A stretch of 64,000 nt of DNA. It comes from Candidatus Alloclostridium intestinigallinarum (GTDB lineage Bacteria; Bacillota; Clostridia; Christensenellales; UBA3700). The position numbers and the translations under genes are program-made. How positions within the stretch are numbered: position 1 is the stretch's first letter; each line of letters starts with the position of its first letter. The notes beneath the pieces were generated by a model that did not search any database, had not been told where the DNA came from, and was given only the letters and a program-made list of their open reading frames with translations. Positions 19,585-28,490 of the stretch are shown piece by piece. The stretch covers positions 16,341 through 80,340 of the forward strand of contig CAJFNB010000001.1 in assembly GCA_904393845.1 (NCBI GenBank), given 5' to 3'.

Positions 19585-19614
19585 TTGAAAAACTTTTAAT
19601 AACTGCCATATATT
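19585..19614 (+). promoter_or_regulatory. putative promoter of the first prophage gene
   Basis: TTGAAA (19585-19590), 17-18 nt spacer, ATATAT/TATATT (19608-19614). Confidence 0.4.
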
Positions 19615-19668
19615 GTCAGAATAGGAAAAGTATCATACAGATAGATAATAACAGAGAGGTGAAGACAT

Positions 19669-20637
19669 ATGTTGACAGCACTTTTAATCGTAGTATTGGT
19701 TTTACCGTTACTCTTGCTTGCTGATAAAATTAAGAGAAACGAAAGAGAAAAACTTATCAATGACGTTAAATCCGGCCGCGGCGTAAAAAGAGGTAAGTCA
19801 GACCCCGTTTTGCAAAAGAAAATCCGGGATGAATTTCTAGCCGAAACTGCCCCGTATCTTGATATCGTTGACCCGAAGGCGAACCTCGGGCTTGTAATTA
19901 AACAGCTTAGAGATAAATATGAACCGGGGGTGGAGCACAAAGTTATCCCAGAAGATACTTATATAAATTATCAACGCATAGAAAATTATCTTGCCGTAGT
20001 TCGATATTCCTGGCACAAGGCTCACATACCTTATACAACCGTGCTTAATTGCCGACTAAGTGAAGTTGAAACCAAGGAAGAAATTATTTCCCTTTTAAAA
20101 AAATATTCGAAACTACCTATTGAGCCATTTGAGGTGACTTTTGATGATATGGAAAACAAACATAAGTGGTTCATGGAAAGATATAATAAAAAGTGTAAAG
20201 ATTACTGGCTCCGTAAATATAGTAACGAACGTAGGGTTATAGACGCGGAACCGACCCTTTTCTTTGCTGGAGAAGACATATATGAAGTTCTTCCATTCAA
20301 ATATTATACAGACGGTATGATACCGTCGGAAATAGTCAGCGAACAATGTTTCGCAAAGACAAGGGAAGAGTTTGAGCAATTCCTCATAGATAATCCTGAA
20401 GTCTGGTGCAGAATTAAAAAGGTCACGGAATTTTTTGAGGACTGCCCCGTGCTCCCTGCTCTTCTCCCCCTTTGCCTTCACAGAAAATACCGCACGTTAA
20501 GACAAAGAATGTACGATTCCTTAAGCTATTTTAATGAAAGCGGTGCTTTGGCTTCGAGCTACATGAAGCCTAGATTGGCTAAGTACGGTATAACAGAGCT
20601 TGTTTATATACCTAATGACCTCTATAATACTATATAA
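19669..20637 (+). CDS. membrane-anchored hypothetical protein (prophage-end moron candidate)
   Basis: RBS GAGAGGTG; N-terminal TM helix (LLIVVLVLPLLLL); no recognisable domain; followed by a hairpin. Confidence 0.6.
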   Translation: MLTALLIVVLVLPLLLLADKIKRNEREKLINDVKSGRGVKRGKSDPVLQKKIRDEFLAETAPYLDIVDPKANLGLVIKQLRDKYEPGVEHKVIPEDTYINYQRIENYLAVVRYSWHKAHIPYTTVLNCRLSEVETKEEIISLLKKYSKLPIEPFEVTFDDMENKHKWFMERYNKKCKDYWLRKYSNERRVIDAEPTLFFAGEDIYEVLPFKYYTDGMIPSEIVSEQCFAKTREEFEQFLIDNPEVWCRIKKVTEFFEDCPVLPALLPLCLHRKYRTLRQRMYDSLSYFNESGALASSYMKPRLAKYGITELVYIPNDLYNTI

Positions 20638-20677
20638 TAATATATAATATAATACTATATAAATATAACCTATCAAC

Positions 20678-20706
20678 AACAGCGTTCTTATGAGCGCTGT
20701 TTCTAT
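20678..20706 (+). terminator. hairpin terminator after the 322-aa gene
   Basis: AACAGCG (20678-20684) pairs with CGCTGTT (20695-20701), followed by TTCTAT. The U-tract is weak. Confidence 0.45.
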
Positions 20707-20991
20707 AGTGTCCTTGACGAACGGAGAGGCGGCCGTGTTATCACGACCGCCTACACATCGCATTAGCGACGTTTAATGCGGATAATACCGCGAATTTTAA
20801 TTTTCGCAATCTTACGCATTATTATCACCCCCCCCTTTTTTGACTATGGTTTAGTCGGGTCGTTAGCAACTACCCCATGGTCTCCAGAGCACGATGTGTA
20901 GCGTTATTATAGCACGCTGCCATTCGTTCGTCAAGTGGCACATCTTCAATTTTTACAAGACCCATTCGGGTGATATTCAAAATAAAATTTT

Positions 20992-21582
20992 ATGAAAATT
21001 GCGGCGAAAATACGCAATTCTTTCCAATTAGAAATTATGAAAATAGATATTTATAAAACCGAAAACAAGTACGGTATCATTTACGCAGATCCACCGTGGC
21101 GTTATGACAACCCAAAAAACAACGACCCGGCGATGGGAGGGATAACATACCCTACCATGTCTCTTGAAGACATATGCAATATGCCGATACATAACATCGC
21201 CTCTAAAAACTGCATTTTGTTTTTATGGGCAACAATGCCAAAATTACGCGAGGCGTTAGAAGTAATTAAAGCGTGGGGATTCAATTATAAAACCTGCGCT
21301 TTTTGCTGGGTAAAACAAAACCCTTCGGGAAATGGAATTTATAGTGGTCTTGGCCACTGGACAAACGGCAACGCAGAGTTGTGTTTACTTGCGACGAAAG
21401 GAGCGCCAAAAAGAGTTTCGAAAAACGTTAAGCAAATCGTCCTTGCCCCACGGGGACGGCACAGTGCCAAGCCTCCCGAAGTCCGTAACAGAATAGTCCA
21501 ACTCATTGGTGATATATCTAGAATCGAATTATTTGCCAGAGAAGAACCAGAAGGTTGGGATTGTTTTGGCAATGAAATATAG
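20992..21582 (+). CDS. MT-A70 family N6-adenine DNA methyltransferase
   Basis: IIYADPPWRY (DPPW catalytic motif), LFLWAT, GHWTNGNAELCLLATKG. The start may instead be ATG 21037. Confidence 0.85.
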   Translation: MKIAAKIRNSFQLEIMKIDIYKTENKYGIIYADPPWRYDNPKNNDPAMGGITYPTMSLEDICNMPIHNIASKNCILFLWATMPKLREALEVIKAWGFNYKTCAFCWVKQNPSGNGIYSGLGHWTNGNAELCLLATKGAPKRVSKNVKQIVLAPRGRHSAKPPEVRNRIVQLIGDISRIELFAREEPEGWDCFGNEI

Positions 21583-21607
21583 GAGAATATATAATAAGGA
21601 ATAAAAA

Positions 21608-22186
21608 ATGAACGAGGCAATAAGAAACCATCACACGATTGAATTTTTATCAGATAAACCGATAGCACTCGAACAAATATTTTATTTAGTCGAAAAAGAT
21701 GAAGCTCAGTTTTTTTATGGCACATGCGAAGTGTGTGGTGGGAAAAACAAAGTAGAACTCAATGGGTATGAATTCCCATGTCCAAAGTGCCACGGTCAAA
21801 GTTCCAGCAATATAATTGTGCTGCGAGTTCCCAGATATACTGTTCATAGGTTTCGGGTATCTGGTATTAGCGAGAACAAGACTGGGGCTTACTGGAAGCC
21901 TTCCTGTGGTTTAAGCACTGAAATTGAGATAACATTTTCTCGCCCCCGCCCTCGCGTTGGAGCATCGTGGAATGAATATGATAAAAAATACGTCTTAAAA
22001 TCTTCTAACCATTCAAAAATCATATTAACTCAATTTGGACATGAATACCATAGTGAATATAAAGCCGCCGTAGCAGAAGCGGATAAATTAAATGAGGAGC
22101 AACAAGCTATCGTTCAAAAGTACAACGCTGACTTCAACACAAATTTCATATTTGAGAAACCAAAATACGACAGTAAATTTCAATAA
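21608..22186 (+). CDS. zinc-ribbon hypothetical protein
   Basis: CEVCGG...CPKCHG pair of CxxC knuckles. Lies between the two methyltransferase genes. Confidence 0.5.
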   Translation: MNEAIRNHHTIEFLSDKPIALEQIFYLVEKDEAQFFYGTCEVCGGKNKVELNGYEFPCPKCHGQSSSNIIVLRVPRYTVHRFRVSGISENKTGAYWKPSCGLSTEIEITFSRPRPRVGASWNEYDKKYVLKSSNHSKIILTQFGHEYHSEYKAAVAEADKLNEEQQAIVQKYNADFNTNFIFEKPKYDSKFQ

Positions 22187-22208
22187 AAATTTCTATTTAT
22201 GAGGTGCT

Positions 22209-23363
22209 ATGATTAAAATCCTTCTAGGAGGGAGTCCCTGCACCTTTTGGTCTATTGCCAGAGCTGGTAGAGAAACTCATCCTAGTGGTGTTGGATGGGA
22301 ATTATTTGAAAACTATTTAATAGCAAAAGAAAAATTTCAGCCTGATTTTTTTATCTACGAGAACAATCAAAAAATCCATTCATCGATAGTTGAAGAAATT
22401 CGCCGACTTTTAGGATGCGGCACAGATTCCAACACCCATTGTATTGAAATAGATTCGGCTCTTGTTTCTGCTCAAAAACGACGCAGGTTTTATATACATA
22501 ATTGTGGCAACGTTGAACAGCCCGCGGATCGAGGCATCCTTTTTCAAGACATACTTGATAATGGAATAGTAGAACGGGACAAGGCTTATTGTCTAACGTG
22601 CCATGAGGGCAATACACGGGACTACTTTTTAAAACGACAAACAAATTTGGTGTTCATTCCGATTTACGATGAACTAGCAGCAAACAAATCGAAAAATATC
22701 TCCAATGACAAATATTATCGCATATATTTCGCAGACGGCAAGGCGGCAACGATGTGTGCAGGAGACATACAATCCGTGTTGGATAATGGATTACATCTAC
22801 CCCTTTTTTCTGGCACATATTCTTTTGAAACCAGCGGAAGCATTAAACCTGCAAATCCGAAACTACCCTCTCCTATATATGAAATAAGAAATGGCGAAAT
22901 ACTGATAAGAGGAAGAAAATATCCTGTGAATCTGAAAGACGGTTTGTACACTATCAGGAAACTTTCGAGCGCCGAGTGTTGCCGTCTACAAACACTACCG
23001 GAAGATTACTGTCGAAGTGTTTCAAACACCCAAGCCTATCGTTGCATTGGAAATGGGTGGACTGCTGAAGTGATAATCCATATTCTTTCTTACGCGCTGC
23101 GAAACATCCCAAAAAACGAAGAAGTTGTTGTCTTATCTCTGTATGATGGTATAGGAACTGGCAGATACTGTTTGAATAAAATGGGGTTTACAAATGTGAA
23201 GTATTACGCATATGAAATTGATAAACACGCCATCAAAGTCGCAACAAGCAACTTTTCTGACATCATAGAGTGCGGAGATGCGTTTCAAGTAAGAGAACAA
23301 TTGTTTTCAGAAACATTTCCGCCGAACCACGAAATTGACTTGAAAACAAATAGAAGGAGATAA
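22209..23363 (+). CDS. DNA (cytosine-5)-methyltransferase, circularly permuted motif order
   Basis: Motif IV GGSPCTFWS at residues 7-15. Then ENN (VI), QKRRRF (VIII), RKLSSAECCRLQTLPEDY (IX), GNGW (X). Motifs I-III (LSLYDGIGTG, YAYEID, GDAFQV) lie at the C-terminus. Confidence 0.8.
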   Translation: MIKILLGGSPCTFWSIARAGRETHPSGVGWELFENYLIAKEKFQPDFFIYENNQKIHSSIVEEIRRLLGCGTDSNTHCIEIDSALVSAQKRRRFYIHNCGNVEQPADRGILFQDILDNGIVERDKAYCLTCHEGNTRDYFLKRQTNLVFIPIYDELAANKSKNISNDKYYRIYFADGKAATMCAGDIQSVLDNGLHLPLFSGTYSFETSGSIKPANPKLPSPIYEIRNGEILIRGRKYPVNLKDGLYTIRKLSSAECCRLQTLPEDYCRSVSNTQAYRCIGNGWTAEVIIHILSYALRNIPKNEEVVVLSLYDGIGTGRYCLNKMGFTNVKYYAYEIDKHAIKVATSNFSDIIECGDAFQVREQLFSETFPPNHEIDLKTNRRR

Positions 23364-23366
23364 AAA

Positions 23367-23714
23367 ATGAAATATAAAAGATTGACAGATAGAGTGATTG
23401 CTGAAATGTTAAGAAACACAGAGGGAGAAAGTTGGGATAGCGACAACATCGAAGCACAATGCTATATTCGCCTTGCCGAGTTGGAAGACAAAATCGAGAG
23501 CGGAGAGATTATCTCCGTGATACAAAGCGAGCAAGACGAACAAGAGATAGCTTACTTCGTAAAACATAATGCGGCAGTTAGAAAACAAGCCGTGAAAGAA
23601 TTTTCGGATAAAATCCTATCTGCTAGCAAAATAACATTTTGTGCTTTCACAGATGCAAGAATGGAACTATCTTTGGCTGAATACAAACAGTTAATAAAGG
23701 AGGCGGAACAATGA
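23367..23714 (+). CDS. hypothetical protein
   Basis: RBS AAGGAGA; the RLAELEDKIESG helix is typical of small phage early proteins. Confidence 0.55.
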   Translation: MKYKRLTDRVIAEMLRNTEGESWDSDNIEAQCYIRLAELEDKIESGEIISVIQSEQDEQEIAYFVKHNAAVRKQAVKEFSDKILSASKITFCAFTDARMELSLAEYKQLIKEAEQ

Positions 23715-24049
23715 GAAACAGGAATTGCCCGGATAAGGACGCGTGCTGGGACTATAAAGCGAGTAATTGCGAGGGTTGCGCGATAGGAGAAAAGATTGCT
23801 CGCCTCGTACGTCAAAACAAAAAACTCAAAGCCGAAAACGCCAACCTTCGCCACCGCGGGGAAGTCGCGGAAAGGGCGTTAGAAAACAAATGCAAAAATG
23901 TATGTAGTGCTTGTGGAATGCATCAAGCAGCGAATTGTAAGGGAAAGGAATTTTGCCAACAGGAAGCATTTAAGCGTTCTTTGGAACAAGCTGAAAAAGA
24001 ACTCTCGGAGGAGAAGAACAATGATTCACGAAGAGCTGGAATGGTGTGA
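23711..24049 (+). CDS. small Cys-rich coiled-coil protein (paralog family member)
   Basis: RBS AGGAGG; KKLKAENANLRHRGEVAERAL; C-terminal AEKELSEEK. Confidence 0.55.
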   Translation: MRNRNCPDKDACWDYKASNCEGCAIGEKIARLVRQNKKLKAENANLRHRGEVAERALENKCKNVCSACGMHQAANCKGKEFCQQEAFKRSLEQAEKELSEEKNNDSRRAGMV

Positions 24050-24374
24050 TGTATGCGAAGATTGCGCCCAATATAAAGCCCTCGGTAACGATAAGTACTT
24101 ATGTGTGCTCGAAGGTGGAAGGTGCAACGGATATTTTGCCTATAAGAAACTCAAAGCCGAAAACGCCTCTCTTCGTGCAAGGCTGGAAAAGGCGGTGGAG
24201 CTGCCGACAATCTATGAGCATATATCATATCCCTATCTTGAGAGGATGTATAGCGAAATTATTTATTATGTCATATATAAAGAAAATGGAAGAATTATGA
24301 CTGAAAAGTTTGGCAAAAACAAATCCAAAGCCGAAGCACGGCTGGAAGAGATGAAGGAGAAGAACAGTGACTAA
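24021..24374 (+). CDS. small Cys-rich coiled-coil protein (paralog family member)
   Basis: Start moved to ATG 24021 (MIHEELEWCDVCEDC) behind GGAGGAG. KKLKAENASLRARLEKAV shares a 21-nt exact DNA repeat with the preceding gene. Confidence 0.55.
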   Translation: MIHEELEWCDVCEDCAQYKALGNDKYLCVLEGGRCNGYFAYKKLKAENASLRARLEKAVELPTIYEHISYPYLERMYSEIIYYVIYKENGRIMTEKFGKNKSKAEARLEEMKEKNSD

Positions 24375-24771
24375 CGAAGAGCTGAAAAAGAAGATTGTTG
24401 AAATTTTGGAAGAGGGTCAAACCCCTGTCGAATATGATGACGGAGATTGGGTATGAACTTATTTTCCTACAAATGAAGATGTTGCCGACGCGCTCATTGC
24501 GGCAGGAATTGGCGAGGTGGAAGAAGCAAAAAGAAAAGCCTTTGTGTACAATAGAGAAATAACGCATTTAGACGGAATACTGAAAGGCGCAGAACGGCGT
24601 GCCGAAGTTGCCGAAAAAGAGTTCAAAAAAACAGAGCACCGCGCGGAAGTTGCGGAGAAAATGTTTAATATTTTATATGAAGAAACAAGTGAGTATATGA
24701 AAGTTTTATCGAAAGAGTGGTATAAATACCAAGCCGAAAAAGAACTCGCGGAGGGAATGGAAGATGACTGA
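24367..24771 (+). pseudogene. paralog-family gene interrupted by one in-frame TGA (24454-24456)
   Basis: GTG 24367 reads MTNEELKKKIVEILEEGQTPVEYDDGDWV, then TGA, then the same frame continues TYFPTNEDVADALIAAGIGEVEEAKRKAF... to 24771. The paralog at 24764..25099 is continuous across the equivalent region (FADALIAAGYGNVEEVEHRA). Confidence 0.5.
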
Positions 24772-25099
24772 AAAAGATAAGATAGCAAATATATTGAATA
24801 GTACGGAAATATCACACGAGTTATCAAAAGACGATATATATAAATTTGCCGACGCACTTATCGCGGCTGGGTATGGCAATGTGGAAGAGGTTGAACACCG
24901 CGCGGTAGTTACGGAAAGGGCATTACTTGTAGCTTGCGATGATATAAAGGGTTTGTGTAGATATCTTTACGAGATTGAAAAGATAACGAAAGCGATTACG
25001 ATTAAGTGTTATCATCCCGAAAAAATAGTGCCGAGAGAGTACATTGTCATAGCCGAAAAGGAACTCGCGGAGGAGAAGAAAGATGGAAATCGAATTTAA
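24764..25099 (+). CDS. small coiled-coil protein (paralog family member)
   Basis: FADALIAAGYGNVEEVEHRAVVTERAL; C-terminal AEKELAEEKK. Confidence 0.55.
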   Translation: MTEKDKIANILNSTEISHELSKDDIYKFADALIAAGYGNVEEVEHRAVVTERALLVACDDIKGLCRYLYEIEKITKAITIKCYHPEKIVPREYIVIAEKELAEEKKDGNRI

Positions 25100-25271
25100 G
25101 AAACCTAATACAGTAATATCAGCAGAGTGTTTTCCTGATAAAAAGCGACCTGCACTATGTATTACAAAAGGCGCCGAAATGCGAGTTTATGGATATTTTC
25201 AAGACAAAGAATGCGCAGATGAATTTATATCCACACTATATCAGTTAGTTGTAGGGGCAATAAAAAAATGA
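25083..25271 (+). CDS. hypothetical protein
   Basis: 62-aa ORF overlapping its neighbours in operon fashion. Confidence 0.4.
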   Translation: MEIEFKKPNTVISAECFPDKKRPALCITKGAEMRVYGYFQDKECADEFISTLYQLVVGAIKK

Positions 25272-25576
25272 GTACATGTGGTAAAGGCTGTATGCCTGAA
25301 TGCGAATATTTTACGACCGCAGGATGTGTTTCACCTTTTAATTGCCCATACAAAATAGAAACAAGATACATCAACTCAGTAACGACCTTCCCTGAACGAG
25401 AAATCCGAACTATGACCGACGAAGAATTGTATGAAATGATGGACGATATGGTCGAATTTATGAATCGTATTAGAGAAATAAATGAAAAACTAGCATGCAC
25501 CATATCAATTCTTCATAAGCGCTATCTGCAGGGCAAAAGAGATAAAACACACAATAAGGAGAAAAACGATGAATAA
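25268..25576 (+). CDS. Cys-rich hypothetical protein
   Basis: The N-terminus MSTCGKGCMPECEYFTTAGCVSPFNC suggests metal binding. Confidence 0.45.
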   Translation: MSTCGKGCMPECEYFTTAGCVSPFNCPYKIETRYINSVTTFPEREIRTMTDEELYEMMDDMVEFMNRIREINEKLACTISILHKRYLQGKRDKTHNKEKNDE

Positions 25577-25949
25577 TGGCGAAGCAAATAAATTTAGCGA
25601 GATAGAATTTAAATTTCGTTATAGTGTACGCACGAATAAATTTGTCTTTTGGTCTCCGAATTGCAGTACCGTGTTGAAATATCCATACGACAACGTAGAC
25701 TATGACGCTATACTAAATGATGTTCTTACTGATCTCAGGAAACAATATTTTCTTACCAACGCCGATGTCTACACAATTGAGGAGAAGATTAGATCGGCTA
25801 TTAGGGAAATATGTACTCGACCGCAGGACGATCCTCATTGGCTGCTTGACACCAAACCGAAACTCACCCGGCACGGGAGTGCAGGAGCAGATTCTCTGAG
25901 GGAAAGGTTTTCAGATCTTTTACAAAGACATAGAATGAGGTGGTTATAG
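25569..25949 (+). CDS. hypothetical protein
   Basis: 126-aa ORF with an overlapping start; followed by a 120-nt AT-rich gap. Confidence 0.45.
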   Translation: MNNGEANKFSEIEFKFRYSVRTNKFVFWSPNCSTVLKYPYDNVDYDAILNDVLTDLRKQYFLTNADVYTIEEKIRSAIREICTRPQDDPHWLLDTKPKLTRHGSAGADSLRERFSDLLQRHRMRWL

Positions 25950-26071
25950 TACTGATTTCATTTCTTTAACCCTTTAAAAAAGCTATTTTACGCATTATAA
26001 AACAAGTGTTTTATCAACCACTTTTTCCCCTATTTTCATAAAAAAAATACAATATTAAGGAGTGAATACAT

Positions 26072-26473
26072 ATGAGTAGTTATTTATCCTTTCGCAAGAA
26101 CGGAGTTAATGTTATTTCCTTTTCACGAAATTCGGAAATATATGAAGTCTTGAGATATCAAGCGCCCATCGGCGAATGGGCTCCTGTGGACAGCAAGGCT
26201 TTATGCGAAGGCCTTGAGGAGTTATATGACTCAAAGCAAAGATGCCTCAATTATAAGAAGACACAAGAAAAAGCCTTGGAGTACCTCTCGTCCGCAGAAG
26301 ATATTTACGAAGCACTTTCTTCGATTCAAGATATCGAAGAACAAATCGAAGGGATTGAACGGTGCATCGCTTACCTCGACCTTCTAATAAAAATTGCCAA
26401 GGAACATGTGTATGAATACAGGAATGGCGTTCTCGAAGAAAAGGAGATAAAGTTTGAATGGAAAATCGACTGA
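26072..26473 (+). CDS. hypothetical protein
   Basis: RBS AAGGAG 8 nt upstream; 133 aa. Confidence 0.5.
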   Translation: MSSYLSFRKNGVNVISFSRNSEIYEVLRYQAPIGEWAPVDSKALCEGLEELYDSKQRCLNYKKTQEKALEYLSSAEDIYEALSSIQDIEEQIEGIERCIAYLDLLIKIAKEHVYEYRNGVLEEKEIKFEWKID

Positions 26474-27042
26474 ACGAAAATAAAAAAGAATTTCTCTTGT
26501 TGTGCGAAGATATTAAACGGCCGGGAATCAGCGAACTTCTTAAATGGCTGGAGACCTCGGATTTTTTTACGGCACCGGCGAGTACCAAGTACCACGGTTC
26601 TTATGAAGGAGGACTCTGCGAGCACTCATTAAATGTTGCCAAGACCCTACGCCTCTTATGCGGAGACTCCGATATACAGAATGTCCCCTTGGAAACAATT
26701 TATATCACTGCCCTCTTCCACGATTTGTGCAAGGTTAATTTTTATAAGAAAAGCAAGCGGAATGTAAAAACGGATGCCGGCTGGGTTGAAAAAGATTATT
26801 GGGAGGTAGAGGAAAAGTTCCCTTGTGGGGAACATGCCGATAAGTCAATTATCCTGCTCCAGCAATATATAAAATTACTGCCTGAAGAAATTATGGCAAT
26901 TAGGGCACATATGGGAGGTTTCGACACTTCTGTTAAGGGAGGCAGTTTTATGATAGGTAAGATTTTCGAAAAGAGCAATCTTGCGGTCTTGCTGCACTGT
27001 GCAGACTTAATGGCTACATACATCTGCGAGAGGAAGGAATAA
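26458..27042 (+). CDS. HD-domain phosphohydrolase
   Basis: GLCEHSL and ALFHDLCK (HD motif), HCADLMA. Confidence 0.7.
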   Translation: MENRLNENKKEFLLLCEDIKRPGISELLKWLETSDFFTAPASTKYHGSYEGGLCEHSLNVAKTLRLLCGDSDIQNVPLETIYITALFHDLCKVNFYKKSKRNVKTDAGWVEKDYWEVEEKFPCGEHADKSIILLQQYIKLLPEEIMAIRAHMGGFDTSVKGGSFMIGKIFEKSNLAVLLHCADLMATYICERKE

Positions 27043-27043
27043 C

Positions 27044-27262
27044 ATGACAAAACATATTCTAAGCTTATTCTACGACACAGACGAGGATTTATGGATTGTA
27101 GACTTCCCAGAATTCCCTAATTGTTCGGGGGTTGGTCAAACCGCTGCCCTAGCCTTAATTAACGGAATTCGAGCCGTCGAAAAGGAAGCAAAAATTTATA
27201 AAGTGAAAGGGCTTCCAAGTCCTATCACTTTACAACTTTTGGAAACAAAAAAATACATATAA
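27044..27262 (+). CDS. HicB-like / UPF0150 family small protein
   Basis: DEDLWIVDFPEFPNCSGVGQTAALAL pattern, typical of the HicB N-terminal fold. No HicA partner seen. Confidence 0.55.
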   Translation: MTKHILSLFYDTDEDLWIVDFPEFPNCSGVGQTAALALINGIRAVEKEAKIYKVKGLPSPITLQLLETKKYI

Positions 27263-27273
27263 AGGAGGCAAAG

Positions 27274-28089
27274 ATGCCGAAAGAAAAAAATGAAGCAGCA
27301 AATAAAGACATTGCGGGACTCAATATCCACGAGAAGCTTTTAAAGATAGCCGATATGGCTGGCGTGCTCAGAAAGAACCGCGAAGGATTTAACTATAAAT
27401 ACACAGACGAAGCGGAAATTCAAGCAAAAATAACGGCAGGAATGCAAAAGTATAAAGTGATGCTCTACCCTTCGATTGTCCCGGGAACATTAAATATATT
27501 CCCCCACCATTATGAGAAACCCAAAACTCGTAAAGAGAAGGAAAAGGTCATCGACTATACGGTTCCCGTGAATGAAATTATCGTTTCTTGCGAAGTTGAA
27601 TACCTTTGGGTAAACGCCGACAACCCCGAAGAGAAAGTTACCAGATACTGGGCATACATCGGACAAATGGAAGACGCTTCACAGGCGTTCGGAGCGGGTG
27701 CTACTTACGGAAACAGATACTATCTTTTAAAAGCATTGCAACTCGCAACCACGGAAGACGACCCTGACGAATATCGCTCTAAACAAAAGAGAGCCCTCCA
27801 AGAAGAAGAGGATAAAGAAGTGAGGGAAGCCAAAGAAAAAGCCGAAAAGGTTCTCAAAGAGGCAAAGGCCGAAGTAGTCGCTTCGGGTACAGCTCTTATA
27901 TCAAAAGGAGTGGCGAAAGAAGAGATAAGTAAAATTGTTGCCGAGTTGAATAATGGCAACGGAAATCCGAACTCGATAAAAGACCTCGATACCGCAAAAA
28001 GAATCAAGGAAGCTCTTGATAATTTCCAACCTCAACCGCAACAACAAAAAAGAACTCAAAGTAAAAAAGGAGAAACAACAGAAAAATGA
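27274..28089 (+). CDS. ERF-family single-strand annealing protein
   Basis: FNYKYTDEAEI and GAGATYGNRYYLLKALQLATTEDDPD match ERF conserved blocks. K/E-rich tail. Confidence 0.7.
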   Translation: MPKEKNEAANKDIAGLNIHEKLLKIADMAGVLRKNREGFNYKYTDEAEIQAKITAGMQKYKVMLYPSIVPGTLNIFPHHYEKPKTRKEKEKVIDYTVPVNEIIVSCEVEYLWVNADNPEEKVTRYWAYIGQMEDASQAFGAGATYGNRYYLLKALQLATTEDDPDEYRSKQKRALQEEEDKEVREAKEKAEKVLKEAKAEVVASGTALISKGVAKEEISKIVAELNNGNGNPNSIKDLDTAKRIKEALDNFQPQPQQQKRTQSKKGETTEK

Positions 28090-28490
28090 TATTTTGTAAC
28101 GGACAAATTTACGCAAAAGTTTGGAAGGCGACACCGGCAGAAAACGGAAAATACATAGACCTCAGAATCAGCACATCCGAAAAAGGCCAAGATGGTAATT
28201 TCGTCAATTCTACTTGGTTTCCAAGGGCAATAGGACATGCCGCGAACTCTCTCAAAGGTGTAAAAGACGGCGACCGCATTTTAATAACTAAGGCGAAATT
28301 CACCAACGAATCTCGTGAAATAAGCGAAGGAAATCGCCGTTCTTATTTCAATTTCCGAATTCTTGAAGCAAAAATTCTATCGGAAGATAACCAACATCAG
28401 TCTTCGCACGATGCTGAAGCAGTAAAGAAAGAGCCCACTTTGCCTCCTTCTGCCCCCATTATCGATGAGGCGGAAGACTGTCCTTGGTAA
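28086..28490 (+). CDS. single-stranded DNA-binding protein (OB-fold, SSB-like)
   Basis: Position between ERF and the nuclease; ~100-aa OB-like core; disordered linker; acidic C-terminal tip IIDEAEDCPW. Confidence 0.5.
   Translation: MIFCNGQIYAKVWKATPAENGKYIDLRISTSEKGQDGNFVNSTWFPRAIGHAANSLKGVKDGDRILITKAKFTNESREISEGNRRSYFNFRILEAKILSEDNQHQSSHDAEAVKKEPTLPPSAPIIDEAEDCPW

Noticed and set aside
20521-20763. An 80-aa minus-strand ORF in the gap after the 322-aa gene.
   Set aside because: It overlaps the 3' end of the plus-strand gene and its terminator, has no RBS, and its composition is driven by the AT-rich tract. It is treated as non-coding.
24047-26473. Genome-wide TGA reassignment as an explanation for the in-frame TGA at 24454.
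   Set aside because: Neighbouring well-delimited genes terminate on TGA (24047-24049, 26471-26473, and the ATGA overlaps at 37380-37383 and 17863-17866). A global recoding is therefore unlikely; a local nonsense mutation or readthrough remains possible.
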